Shown piece by piece: positions 34,778 to 46,884 of a stretch of DNA of 58,467 bases. Location of the stretch: contig MU271214.1 in the NCBI GenBank assembly GCA_021432655.1, positions 1 through 58,467 of the forward strand. Reading direction: 5' to 3'. The position numbers and the translations under genes were made by a program. The number at the start of each line of letters is the position of its first letter. Within the stretch, counting starts at the first letter, position 1. Source of the stretch: Atractiella rhizophila. Lineage: Eukaryota. Below the pieces are notes generated by a model. That model had not been told where the DNA came from and searched no databases. It worked only from the letters and a program-made list of their open reading frames with translations.

Positions 34778-36873
34778 GGAACGATTTGATCGCTGGTTGG
34801 CTTGGTGGGGCACTGGGTATCTTATTAAGCAATCCGTTTGAGGTGCTGAAAGTGAGGTATGTGGTTGACTCGTGGTCGTGAGAGTGCATGGTGCAAGAAG
34901 ACTGGGGTAGAGCTTTTTGCTTTGAATGGGGAAATGCTTGGGTTTATCCCATTTCGTCCCCATATAGATCATATAGAAAGACTTAGAGCGGATGCTGTTT
35001 TCATGTTGGGCGACGATGGGAGAACACTTCCACTTCGCTGTCATGGCGCATTCTTATGGTGAAGAGGCATGTTTTAACCCAATCATGGCATGCGAACTGT
35101 CTCCAATGCCTCTTTCAGACTCGAGAATGGAAGGTTGTGGAGATCTCGCCCTCTCTGGGTTCGAGATTCCTTCTGTGACTGTCACACATTTTGCGCTCCC
35201 TCGTTCATTCGTGGTGCTTCGCTATCTCCGTTCATCCAGCGTAGTGTTTTACTCACTTTATCTGGGAGCCCTGGGAGCCTTTGGACATTGGCAACGAAGA
35301 ATTAATGGACTGGACTCTGATGTCGATGGTGGCACTTTCTAAAGTGGACCATACCATTGCGCCACTATCAGCCCTTCAGAAGCCACACCATGGTTTGAAT
35401 CCTCACGACTGTCTGAATCGTAGTTGGTGCCATTGTTCTCCGATTGACCTTGCGTTTCGTCCATGTCGACGTAAACCTAAGTTTGTCCGTCCCATCTTCC
35501 TACGATGCGTAGATTGAAGTCACTCCCTTTCTCTAATGCAAAAAATTTTCACATGGTCGTCTGGCCTTCAACGCAACAGTCACGGATGTATGGGTTCCGT
35601 TTACCGCCCCTTCTACACCTGTTCTTTTTATACGAAGTCTCTTGGTTTCGAACTGTTCCTGACTGCTGTCAAACAGACTCCAAACTTTGCAAACACTGAA
35701 CCCATCCCATCCCCCTTCGACTCGCGTCGGCGCACCTTCAACTCATCCCCGTCCACGACCGTCTTCTTCGTCGTGTGCGCCTTCTCTCCCTTCAACATCC
35801 ACATCCGTCGTTGCTGGCCTCCGCTCCCTATGGCGAACGGATGGATACCGTTTCCTCTACGCTGGCGCGGCCGGTCCTATCCTTGGACTAGCGCTAATTG
35901 ACAGCGCGTTCTTTGGTATCTACGGTTTAGGGATGTGAGTTGACCTCCTTCTGAACTGGAAAGTGAAGTTGACGAATCGGGGTGACAAGGAAGGCGATGA
36001 ACCAGGATCGGGAGGAGCCGAATCATTTGGGGGGCGTCGTACTGGCCGGTGCGAATGCAGGAGGCATTTGCGCTCTCCTTCAGACTCCGGTGAGGGTGAA
36101 ATTCACATTTCCAGATGAGAGCTTAGGTATGAATGGGGTAGATTGAAGTCGTGAAGTGCAGGGCACAAGCAGAGGAGAGTAGACATGTGTCCAATGGAGA
36201 GTTGCAGGATCGGAAGAAGCTTGGAAGCTTGGGAATTGCTAGAACCATCATCCGGGGAGAAGGGATACGAGGTCGGTGTCTCGTCTTGCCCATTCGCTAT
36301 TATACCTACCGGTGTAACAGGTTTTTACATTGGCGGTTTGATGACGATATCGCGAGATGCCGTCAGTTCTGGCATCTTTTTTGGCGCTTGTGAGCTTCCT
36401 ACATTGGAAGGGCCATGAAAGGCTTCTAATGGCTTTCGGATAGATCACTACTTTAGACGAGTGCTTCCCTCTCCTGAATCCCCGTCCCCATTGGTTGCTT
36501 CCAGCAAGATTCTCCTCTCTGGTGGACTAGCTGGCGCGATTTCAGCACTTATACCCTATCCGTTTGTTGTTCCTTCCATTCTCTCGAACAAACGATTCAC
36601 AACCACAACAGCATAGATATAATCAAGACCCGCCTACAAGTCACGAAAGTTTCGCTCTCTCCAGCCGTTCCTACCTCCGCAGAGACCCTCTCTCTTCCCC
36701 CACCGCAACCTTCTGTGCGTCAAATTGCACGCCAGATCTATAGAGAAGGTTTGGCGGAAGGAGCAGGTTATATGGCTTTCCTACGAGGCCTGAAACCCAC
36801 TCTAGTGAGCGCTTTTGTGGGTAGCGCGGTAACGATTGGCGTCTTCGAGGCGGCGGTTAAAGCACTGGAGTAA
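34687..36873 (+). CDS. SLC25 mitochondrial carrier (carnitine/ornithine/amino-acid-carrier-like), full length
   Basis: Three Px[DE]xx[KR]x[RK] signatures: PFEVLKVRLQ, PIEVVKCRAQ and PIDIIKTRLQ. Also EGIRGFYIG..TISRD and AFLRGLKPTL. First intron 34857-35676; stop TAA at 36871-36873. Substrate class is tentative. Confidence 0.92.
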
Positions 36874-37476
36874 TGTAGATGGAGAGGTGCAGGAACGGCG
36901 CCATTGCTGCTTGGTTGACTATTTATTCTCAAAATGTTGATAATTTAGGTCTGTTCATCATGAAACCACATCCATTAATCTGCTCATCATTAACTTTCTT
37001 GCAAGAAAGACTCAGGCAATCCAAATGGTGGTATCATACCAGACTTGCTTGCACGACAACATAGGTTTTCGCCATTGACGGCGTGTAAGTAAAGGAGGCC
37101 CCTCGAAGAACTGCCAAGGGTATCCTCTAAGCCTCCATTGATAATTAGCATTGACGCGAGAAAAAGAATCATTTAAAAACACTATCTAAGCCACTGACTC
37201 ATGAGTGCATGAAACGACTTCGTCATTCGTCGAGTCCGTCCTTTGCCTTGCCTTTGCGCTCAACCTGCGCCTCCATCGATCTCCATTCCCAACAACATTT
37301 GCTTCCAGAAGCTTGACCCTGACTGGGCAAGTGGGTCGTTGGTTGGGAGCAGTTCGACGGGTTATAATTCCGTCCGCACCACTGATCAAAGGAGATGTGT
37401 CCATAAATCGACTTGCTCTCTTTCAAGTTGCTTGAAGTACCCTTAGACAATTTATGCTGCAGTGAAATTGTCATTG

Positions 37477-39753
37477 ATGTCCCTGCCAAACCCTCAGATA
37501 CCCAGCAGGATCTCGCTCCTTGTACCACCAGCAACGATCGCGCATCATGGGACACTGCTGTTCATTGGAGAGGTTGAAGGAACAAAAGGAACTTGGTGGG
37601 GCGTAGAGTGGGATGATGTCGATCGCGGGAAACATTCTGGGGAGAAAGATGGGAAGAAATACTTTGAAACTAGGTATGATCATTGGACTGTGGCGAGGCT
37701 TGGATATCTGCACTAGAATGTAGACATTATCAATGCTCAAACAAGTGGAATTACGTAGAGCAGGCCTCCCATCCTACATACAAGACGAAACATTCGCGAT
37801 GTGGACCCTCTATCAACATTCTTGCAGAATGGTCCCATATTGTTCGCAGATTTACTCTGAACTGTTTTGACGGTCCTACAATATCAATGATACTTCAATC
37901 TAAAATCACAACGCGTCCACTTTCTCACTACGTTGTGGATACTCAGCGTAGTCTCCAAACTGCTTTGGATCATGTCCAATGACACGGTCAGAACAGCACA
38001 CTGAAGATATGTGGGTGAATGAGTGATCAATAGCACCAAACTTGAATCTCCTTTGATAGAAAGGAAGATGGCATCAAACAGCTTAGAGGCACTTGAATGT
38101 CTGTTGTACATGGGTGGAACACGCTCAGGCATCTGAGCGAAAGACCCATCCATCAACTTGGCCCGTCAGACCCTTGCTTACTGCTCCACAGGCTGCCACA
38201 TTCGGCTACTTTCATCCGTCCACCTATCACCTTCGATCCACCAGCTTCGGTCCTCTCTTCTCCACCGACCAAGCCGTCCATCTCCCTCGGACAGAGCTTC
38301 CTCTCTGCAATCCGCTTAAAATATCTCACTTCCATCCCGCTGGCAGATTCCTACGCTCTGAATCCTGAAGTCGGAAGGGAATTGGAGCTGGTGGGCATGG
38401 AGAAGATTGCGAAGAAGTTTGGAGATATGAAGAAGTTACGTACGATAGGGCTGGAGGAGGAAGGCGTATATGGTTGGGACGAGAAGGAAGAGGGAACTTT
38501 AGACAGTCTACAGAAAGTCGACTTGAGTCGCACTCTTTTGGCTCGTTGGGAAGACGTCATGGATATTGTGAGGAGGCTGCCGAAGTTGGACGAGCTGGCA
38601 CTGAAGTATGTTTATGTGTTCATGGCGGCAGCAAGCTTACGAGGGATCAGCTCGAACCGCTTCGCTGTTCTTGACACTCCACTGCGAGTAGAGATCTTCC
38701 GAAACCTCAGAGTTTTGCAGCTGAACAAAACTGCCATCTCTGCACAAGAGGTTCGGCATTTTCCCCAGCCAATGCATCAACCGCCGCTCAAAAGTCAGCG
38801 TAGATTTTTTACCTCCATAGTTCGCTACCCCTCCTTGAAGATCTACAGGCGGGGTATAACGGCATCACCTCTCTCCTTCCATTATGCGAGGAGGGGATAT
38901 TTCCTTCAATGAGATCTTTAAATATTGAAGGCAATGCTATCACTTCATGGGAAGAGGTTGTGGTGTCACTCGGACGCCTCCCACTGTGTGTTTCATCTGC
39001 ATCTATTGTCACTCCGTACTGACAGTGGCGAATAGTCTAGAACGCCTCATCTTATCATTCAATCCCATATCTTCGATCAACTTCGGCCCGCCAACTGACT
39101 CTGCTTCTCCTCTCCCGTTCTCCAATCTCAAAACACTCGCTCTCAACGACTGTCCGCTAACGATGTGGTCATCCATCGACGCACTTGCTTCCATCAGTTC
39201 CTTGCGAAATCTCTCGCTTGGTCACTCCGCATTACCCGAAGCAAGTGATCGCGACTTTCGTGCCTTCGTCATCGCTCGTCTGCCTTCACTGAACTCCTTG
39301 GACCATAGTACAATATCACCACGAGAGAGACGAGACTCGGAGATCTTTTATCTGGGTCGAATAGAACAGGAACTTGCGCATGGATCCACCCAAGTGGAAG
39401 AGAGACATCCTCTTTTCAAGTCACTAGTGGAAACATACGGTTTGTCGGACAAAAGCGACGCACCGAAGAAAGATGGAATAAAGTCGAAACTCTTAGACCT
39501 CACCCTGATCACACCAAGAGGAGAACGTATACCTCTCAGCTTGGTACCCACTACTCCCGTCAGGCTTCTGAGGATGAGAGTGGCAAAGCTGCTAAAGAGC
39601 CCCATACCAAAAAATAAAGGTTGGAAGCTAGTAGCTATGCTCAGAGCTCAGGGCGGAGAGGAGGTTATCAAGAGCGTCATGGAAGATGAAGCGAGGGAAA
39701 TAACTTGGTATGGTGTAGAAGGAGGGGAAGAGTTATTGATTGTAAAAGAATGA
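37477..39753 (+). CDS. TBCE: Tubulin-specific chaperone E (CAP-Gly + LRR + UBL)
   Basis: CAP-Gly GTLLFIGEVEGTKGTWWGVEWDDVDRGKHSG..DGKKYF. An intron at 37674-38191 joins TR/LPHSATFIR. LRRs (VDLSRTLL, LILSFNPI), R.FVIARLPSL..LD..ISPRERRDSEIFYL, and a C-terminal UBL ending WYGVEGG. Confidence 0.93.
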
Positions 39754-40224
39754 TGAGAAGCCAGTTCTCGTCACCCGTTGCTTTGTCGACGTCCTTTCAC
39801 TTCAGTCAGCAACGACATGGACAGCGCAAGGATCTGTCTGACGTGTTGATTGCAGCAGAGTTGAAAGACAAACAGTGGAAAAGGAGGTGAACCACAACAT
39901 TGTCAGACAAACATGCGGCTGGCATCTGCTTCAGCACTGGCTTCGACACGTCAGCGCAAAAGTCATAGTTTAATCAATTTCTCTTGATATGCCTTTTGTT
40001 GGCCTATGCAATATTGGCAATTGGATTCAACCAACGTTAAGCTAACACGTGACTAAATCTGACAGTTAGTTGTCGAACCAAGTCGAACCATGAATTTGTG
40101 AATTTGGAGACATATCTGTCAGTTAATGAAAAGAGTGGACCCTCTATCCACATTTGACGTCGATCAACGAACACTCTCCTCAGTGCAACAAAAAGCCAAA
40201 ACCGTCACTCAACCTTTCAGCAGC

Positions 40225-41839
40225 ATGCCGCCTAAGAGCAAATCCTCGCGAAAGCGATCTAGCAAATCATCGAAAAACACGGCAGAAACGCAGTCAAAAG
40301 AGGATGAACGTACCCTCAACGACTATCGCTTTGGTTCTCCCGCTTTCGTCGCTGCAGCACAAGAAACGTGGAAGAGGCACTGGCACCTCAAACCATCCAT
40401 CTTCTTGCTTCCCGAACAGGGTCCTCCATCTCTCCAGACCGTTTTCTGCCTTTACCCGTCTGCAAAAGAAATTGTTCTGAAGCATACGGTACAACCCATC
40501 ACGCCACCTGCGAAAGGCTGGCCGTTCAACATCATACCTAATCGAGGCCCTGGTGGCAAGGGCTTGATGGTCGCAACGAGGGATATCGCCATTGGGGAGG
40601 TCATCATTGAAGAGCGACCTCTAGTTATTGCGCCGAGGATCGCGACAATGGGGGACTCGGAAGTTGTCGTCTCTTTGCTTCCGGAAGAAAATAGGAAATT
40701 ATGGGATAACCTCCCCAACTGCAAAGGTCCAGAAGTTCCGAAGAATCAAGCGATTATGAGGTCCAACGCCGTTTCAAGACCTCTGTCGGATGAAGAAGAG
40801 AAAGATATACCTTGCGGCGCGGTTTTTAACCAGCTGTCCAGAATGGAACACAGGTACGCTTTTACGCTATTCGGTTGTGCAACAACATTCTGATAACAGG
40901 ACATCGTATAGCTGCTGTCCCAACACTTACACGCGCAACCTTGAGGATTCTGTTATCAATCAAGTTATTGCAAACCGCTTCATACCTAAAGGCGCGAGCA
41001 TCACCACCTCCAACGTCGACATTTTACGTCCGAGATCCCAACGCCAATCCGAACTTGAGCGCATGTGGTCCATCGAGTGTCATTGCGAGGCATGCGATTT
41101 CAAGAATATCGGCGAATTGAAGGCTTCCGATCAGAGGAGAGCTTTCTTGAGCAGGAAGGTTTCTCTCGACTCCGTAATCGATTGGTGCGAACAGGATACG
41201 ATTACCCAGGCGAAGATCAATCTGTTGATCAAGGAAATCAAGTATGCCGAAACGGAAAAAGTTGGGTTCTACCCCAACATCGCTTTGTCAAAAATTGGTC
41301 TCTTTTTTCTTTACGACGCGATGGGACGACTGGACAAACTCATTGAGGTCGCCGAATCTCTGCTGCCAACCATCAAATTCTTCCATTTCGTCGTCCCCGA
41401 ACCGTTAATCACCAGAATGCAAAACACCGTTACCGGAGTCCCGTTCGAATCGACGGAAACGAAAGAAGAGGCGGTCAGGAAGCCAGATAAAAAGCGGAAA
41501 GCATCTGATTTCAGACGCATGGCGTCTAACCCGAATACAAAACGGTACTTCTTCCTACCAAACGGTCCGATAGAGCCATGGATGGAAGATGTGATGAGTG
41601 GAAAAGTCGACGATATGCCCGTCGGCCAGGTTTCCATGGAGCAGATGTTTGGATATTACCTTGACTCGATGGGTCCCGATGGAAGGAAGAATGACGAACA
41701 ATTCAGGAAGAGGATGGATGAAGACCCTGCATTTAGGCAGGCTAATATGGAGAAGGTGAGACAGATGGGCATCCTCCCTGAAGAATATTTCAAACGTCAT
41801 GGAAAAGAGGTGCACTTAGGGATGCCAAGCACTGAATGA
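40225..41839 (+). CDS. SET-domain protein (SET5/SMYD-like, divergent)
   Basis: GGKGLMVATRDIAIGEVIIEERPL, SRMEH/SCCPN across an intron (~40854-40911), ANRFIPKGASITTSN and post-SET WSIECHCEAC. Confidence 0.85.
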
Positions 41840-42033
41840 TTTTCTGTTGATCCTCACGATTTCTTTGTAATCATTGACTCATTAGCCAATCTGTTTCATG
41901 ATCAGTCTCAGCAGTGTTTCTCTGCATACTACCTGAATCAATAAAGGACTGCATACGTTATCCCTGTAGACACGAATTTTGAGCCTTCCTATCAGAACTG
42001 ATAAATGAGCCTAAAGGGAGCGTCCTCCCTCAA

Positions 42034-42198
42034 ATGCCCATCATCGCTCGTGTTCCTTTAGAGGAGATGGTTGAACGTTTCCTCGAAAGGCCTGGCCCAG
42101 AAGGCAGGAAACAGTCCGAGCAATTCAAAAAGATGATGCAAGAGGACTCCGTGTTTCCTAAGGTTGTTTTTGAAACGATTAGACAGCATGTGTCCTGA
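42034..42198 (+). pseudogene. Remnant of a SET-family C-terminus
   Basis: MPIIARVPLEEMVERFLERPGPEGRKQSEQFKKMMQEDSVF aligns with MPVGQVSMEQMFGYYLDSMGPDGRKNDEQFRKRMDEDPAF of the upstream gene. Confidence 0.65.
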
Positions 42199-42408
42199 GA
42201 GAGGAGGCGGTAAATGCAATGGAGTAAGCTTATGGAAGAATAAGTGAGCTATGACTAGTACTGGTTATCTGTGTCTGTTTTTAGCGATGTGTTTTCGTAA
42301 ACATAGGTTTCTTGGGGTAGCACTTGACTATGATGAACGATCCATTTTAACAGTATATGTTTGTACTACCTAAATCAAAAATGAAAGGCTTTCTCAGCAG
42401 TTCCGCAA

Positions 42409-43710
42409 TTATCGAACTTTGAACCTGTACTCTTCCTTCCTATCCAAAAAAACCACCTTAGCACCCAACCCCGCCTCCTCCACCGCCTTCTTAAAGTCCT
42501 CCAGAGGACTTGCAAACACGTCGTAATCGTCAAAATGGATCGGAATCGTTACTTCTGGCTTGACAAGGTTGATAAGTTCGATGCCTTGCTTCGCATCCAT
42601 CGTCACCATGAGCAAGGGCATTTTGGGAGAGGGAATCGTCGTTCCACCTAAGTGGATCAACATGAGGTCGATGGAGTGCGAGGCGTATCGCTTCGGTATT
42701 TCCTTCAGTTCATCGACCAAGAGCGTGTCTCCAGATATGTATATTCTGTTCCCGAACGTTTTTCAGAAGGCTGAATAGAGAAGAGATAAGAAATAACCTG
42801 TAACCACAAGAAAACTCGTCGTTTCCTGCACCCACCGATCCCAACTCAAGCATCCATCCATTCGTCGGTCTAATCAACCAACAAGCGCTTCAGCTCCTGC
42901 TCGTCCTGTCAGACGGAACGACAACTCACGGTACAGCACCAAGAAGGTCATTAGCTGCCCCAATGAGTCCATCAGGAACATGTTTCCCTGGCATAGCGGT
43001 GACCTTTAACGCCTTCCTCTCCTCCTTTTCTCCAGGTTTATCAACCAAGCAACCATTCCAAAAGTCGAGACCGAGGACCTTCGTAAAACTTTCTTCTCCT
43101 TTTCCTTCGAGACAGCCTTAGCGTGGGGAGTGGTAATGATGGGTAGGTCCCTGCGTAGTTTGTCTTCTACCAGCTGGTCAAAGTGGTCTGTTCCACCAGA
43201 CCATACCACACATCAGAATCGGGTACGGCGTGATTTGGTCAGAGACGGCACTGACCAGCGTGATAGTGTGACAGGAGGACGAGGTCGATCGGCGGTAGAG
43301 CCTCGATATCTATCGCTGGGTTCGTCAATCTCGTGCCTGTTACTCCAGGGCCTAGATGCACCTAATCGCATCAAATTAATCAGAACATCGCTCGAATTGA
43401 GATAGGAGATATCTACGTGATCCCCAGCGTGTAAGAAGTTGGGGTCAGTCATAATCCTCATATTCCCATGTTGAATGATGGTCGTGGCAGTTCCGACAAA
43501 ATAGATCGATGCATCCAAATCTTCAAGTTGCTGTCTGACCCCAGGGACATCACGATATTTCACGTCTAAGTTTGGAGGGAACTTCGTAGCCGTTGGGATT
43601 GGAGGTTGGTTGATTTTCAATTCGTCATGGGTACCTGCGACCGTCGGATCATGATGGGACAAAGAACGGAGAGGGGAAGACGGTGCAGGAGGGAGTCTGA
43701 GGTGCTGCAT
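42409..43710 (-). CDS. Metallo-beta-lactamase-fold (UPF0173-like) hydrolase; apparent 1-nt frameshift at ~43116
   Basis: IYFVGTATT..RIMTDPNFLHAGDH/VHLGPG, IDLVLLSHYHA/DHFD, TAMPGKH, YISGDT, LIHLGGT and PIHFDDY. The frame switches at AAG-GC-TGT-CTC. Confidence 0.85.
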
Positions 43711-44955
43711 TTTGTTCCTACTTTATTTTGAGTGCGCTGGTGGTGAGAGGCGAGGGTAAGGTCGATGCGACGCTGGTACTTTAGCTCCAGCTCGATTCAG
43801 ACGCCAGATGACGTCGATCATATTATATCAGCTTCTCGTGACTTCTTCTTTCCCTTCTCTTCATGCACTAATATTTATTCTTGACACTATAGCGTCGACA
43901 CGGTACCTCAAATTAGACTCTTCATATTCCTCGGGCAAATTGAATTATTTCTCGAAGCCGACAAATAAATGATCGTGTCTTTAAAACCTTTCTACCATTC
44001 AATATTATTGTTATTATTTCGAACATCCTTCAACTTTCAATAATTTATACAATTTCCCTTGAAACTGTTTTCCACGGTGAAGCGCTTCGCTGAATGTTTC
44101 GTTATTTACGGATGAGAAGAATGAGAACAGGAAACAGGAAACAGGAACGCTCGAGTATGAAGCTAAGATGTACTTCGATAACGTCTCTGCTCATGTCGCA
44201 CAACATGAATCCCACGGTCACGCACAAGTATGTCAGTCATGCAAAAAACAGTAACCAACCAAAAGGAATACGAATTGTAGTATCAGCCTCGCGAACCGGT
44301 GTTGTGTTTCGGGCCCACGAAGCCGCCAGTCTGAAGCATTTGAGCGACGGAGGAAAAGAGAACATGATGCCCACCCCATCAAGCATCGCAAAGAGTTCGA
44401 AGCGCTCACTGGTCACTCTTTGACTTCTAGCTTGGAATAGGAGCACAGTGAGCTCCTGTCAGCCTTGGCTAGATTAGATGGGGAGAGGTACTGTCTGGGC
44501 GTCACTGGAAATGGAGACGCGCAGGAAGAGTATAAAGAGGTGCAATAGAACATAACTGTATAAACAGAACGCGATATGTGACAGCTCGACGATTGCATTC
44601 GCACTTAACGAGTGTCGATGCTACTAGGAAGGAAGAAAGACGAACGCCTTAGCACTTTCCGCTCTTGGGCCCATCTTTTTACATTAGTTCTACATCCCTC
44701 AATATCCACGTACTCCTCCCTTGCTCTGGCCACATACTCTGCCAACTTCCAAGATCTGACTATTTCCCACTCGATAATAGGTTGTTCCCCAGTTTGCTCA
44801 TGGTTGTTCCGATCACCCCACTTCTCACAGGAACACGAACACGAATTGCTTCGGCCAAAGCTGCTCCGTTTCATGCTCCCATATCGCTGTTAGTGCTGTG
44901 CCAGTGATATATATACTCCCCATCGAACACCCCTGAATCAAGCAGCAACTACGCA

Positions 44956-46281
44956 ATGGCAACAACGACAACTCCCCCCCTCAATCCACCACACTCCAAA
45001 TACTACGATGGCACCGATGTCTGGGCACGCCAATACGTCCTACGGCACACGACAGTAAAGGGGATCCAGCTCTTCTCGCTCGTCTACCCTCCGCTCCTAC
45101 TCGCTGGCATGGCGTGGAAGCGCTCCTTCAGCGTGGGCAGGTTCATGAGGAACAGTGCGCTCGTGGGATTGGGAGGCGGAGCGGCTTTTGGCGCACTCGC
45201 TGGATGGGGAAGGTTGAGGAGCGTGGAGGAGGAGGGTGTGAGGGATAGGGCGGAGAGGTTGAGGGCTAATTGGGGTCAGGTGTGCAGTTTCTTTTTGCCT
45301 GCGACTTGTTCTTTGGGTAGCGAGGGAGGAATGTTTTGCGGGTTTTGGTTAATTTTTGTGTTGTGGCCATCATGTCACGCGACCATGGGCAGGAGTCGTC
45401 GAACAATACAAGCCTTACAACCTTGTCGCGTGCATAATTTGGGGAGACACAGAGACAGGAGTTCCCAGCTGAATTCCTCAAGAGACCAGGAAGCTTAGTA
45501 TCCTTCTCTCCTATTTCTGTGTCCGCTTCACTACGATGAAATGGAATAAAGTGGACAACTGCTTGTATACATACACATGCACGTTATCAGTGCCAGTTTG
45601 TTGGACGAAGTTCTCTATTCTTTCTTTCCTATTTTCCATTTGGGTGTTGGTAACTCTTCACCTTTTTCGACTAGCTTAAGCTTTGTGGGAATATACCGTG
45701 ATATAATTGCTGCTATAAGAGGTTTCATGGAGTAGCTAGAACGCCATTATGACGCGTTAGAATTGCCATTTTTACGCTACGGCTACCCATTACTTCATTA
45801 AACACGCGACAGATCTGAAAAAAGTCAAGTTCAGGAAAGATTATTCTGGAATGATGAACGGCTCGATGAAACGAAGTATCACTTTTTCGTTAATTCGAAA
45901 TTTCATCGTTTGGTAATTTAAACCAGAACTGCTACTCTCCATCCCAAGTTCGCCGCGCTAATACCACTCCGCAGAACACTGTCGACGACTACTCCCTCGT
46001 TGGAGGCTTCTTAGGTTCCCTCATCACCACCACCGTCTTCCTCCGACGCGCATCTCCTCTCTGGCTCGTCCCCGGAGGTGCCTCTTTAGGCGTCGCAGGA
46101 GGCATTCTAGCCCATGTAGTGCACAATTGGGAATACGTCAGGGGCTCGGGCGACTTGAAGCATAATCCGATGGTGGAAGAGGCACGGATGGCAATACAAG
46201 AGGTTAAGGAAGGTGGTGCGTTTTCCCTGCTCCGCCACAATGAGAACTGCTGATAATGTCGAGACAGCTAAAAAGGAATAG
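44956..46281 (+). CDS. Small conserved-looking fungal membrane protein (Gly-rich hydrophobic helices), function unknown; 695-nt first intron
   Basis: Exon 1 ends EGVRDRAERLRANWGQ|GTGTGC (45280). Acceptor GCTAAT..CCGCAG (45974) is followed by NTVDDYSLVGGFLGSLITTTVFLRR..GGASLGVAGGILAH. A short last exon gives AKKE-stop. Confidence 0.75.
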
Positions 46282-46884
46282 TCGTCTGATCGATGGACCG
46301 TTCAACGTGCATGTATATTCCCTCATCACTCACCTAAACCAAACCGTTGTTGTAATTTATGTTCCTATCTCAAACAGAGTCAACGATGCGGAGAGATCCT
46401 TTCATATTGTGTAGGAAGCAGAATTTGGTATGGGTATGGATATGCAATTTCTCAACAAGCATGGACACAAACTGAACATTGATAATCAATAAGTATCGAA
46501 TGAAACTTGTAAGTGTTTGAAATGAAATGAGGAGGAGGAAGAGCAAATAGAAGAGTTCTAGTGACGAGATGAATGAAGGTGCGCGATGAAACAGGATATC
46601 CCATCCGAACGGGCTGCCATTGCCATGAATGGATACGCCTTCAAGCTTTTTCGAGTGACTTAAAATTGTTGCAGAGCAAAGCACTCGAACGTATTGCTGC
46701 AGCCAAAAATCAAAACGAACTAAGTAACGCTACTTTTCTTCGCTCCTCAGTTTAAAAATTCGATGATGAAAATTAGAAACAACCTCTGCCCTTCATGAAT
46801 CTCAAAGACCAGTGGTCAACGAATGTACTTTTGACCTCTTAACCCTCTCAACAACCGTGACGTTCGTCATATATCATCGTGAAT

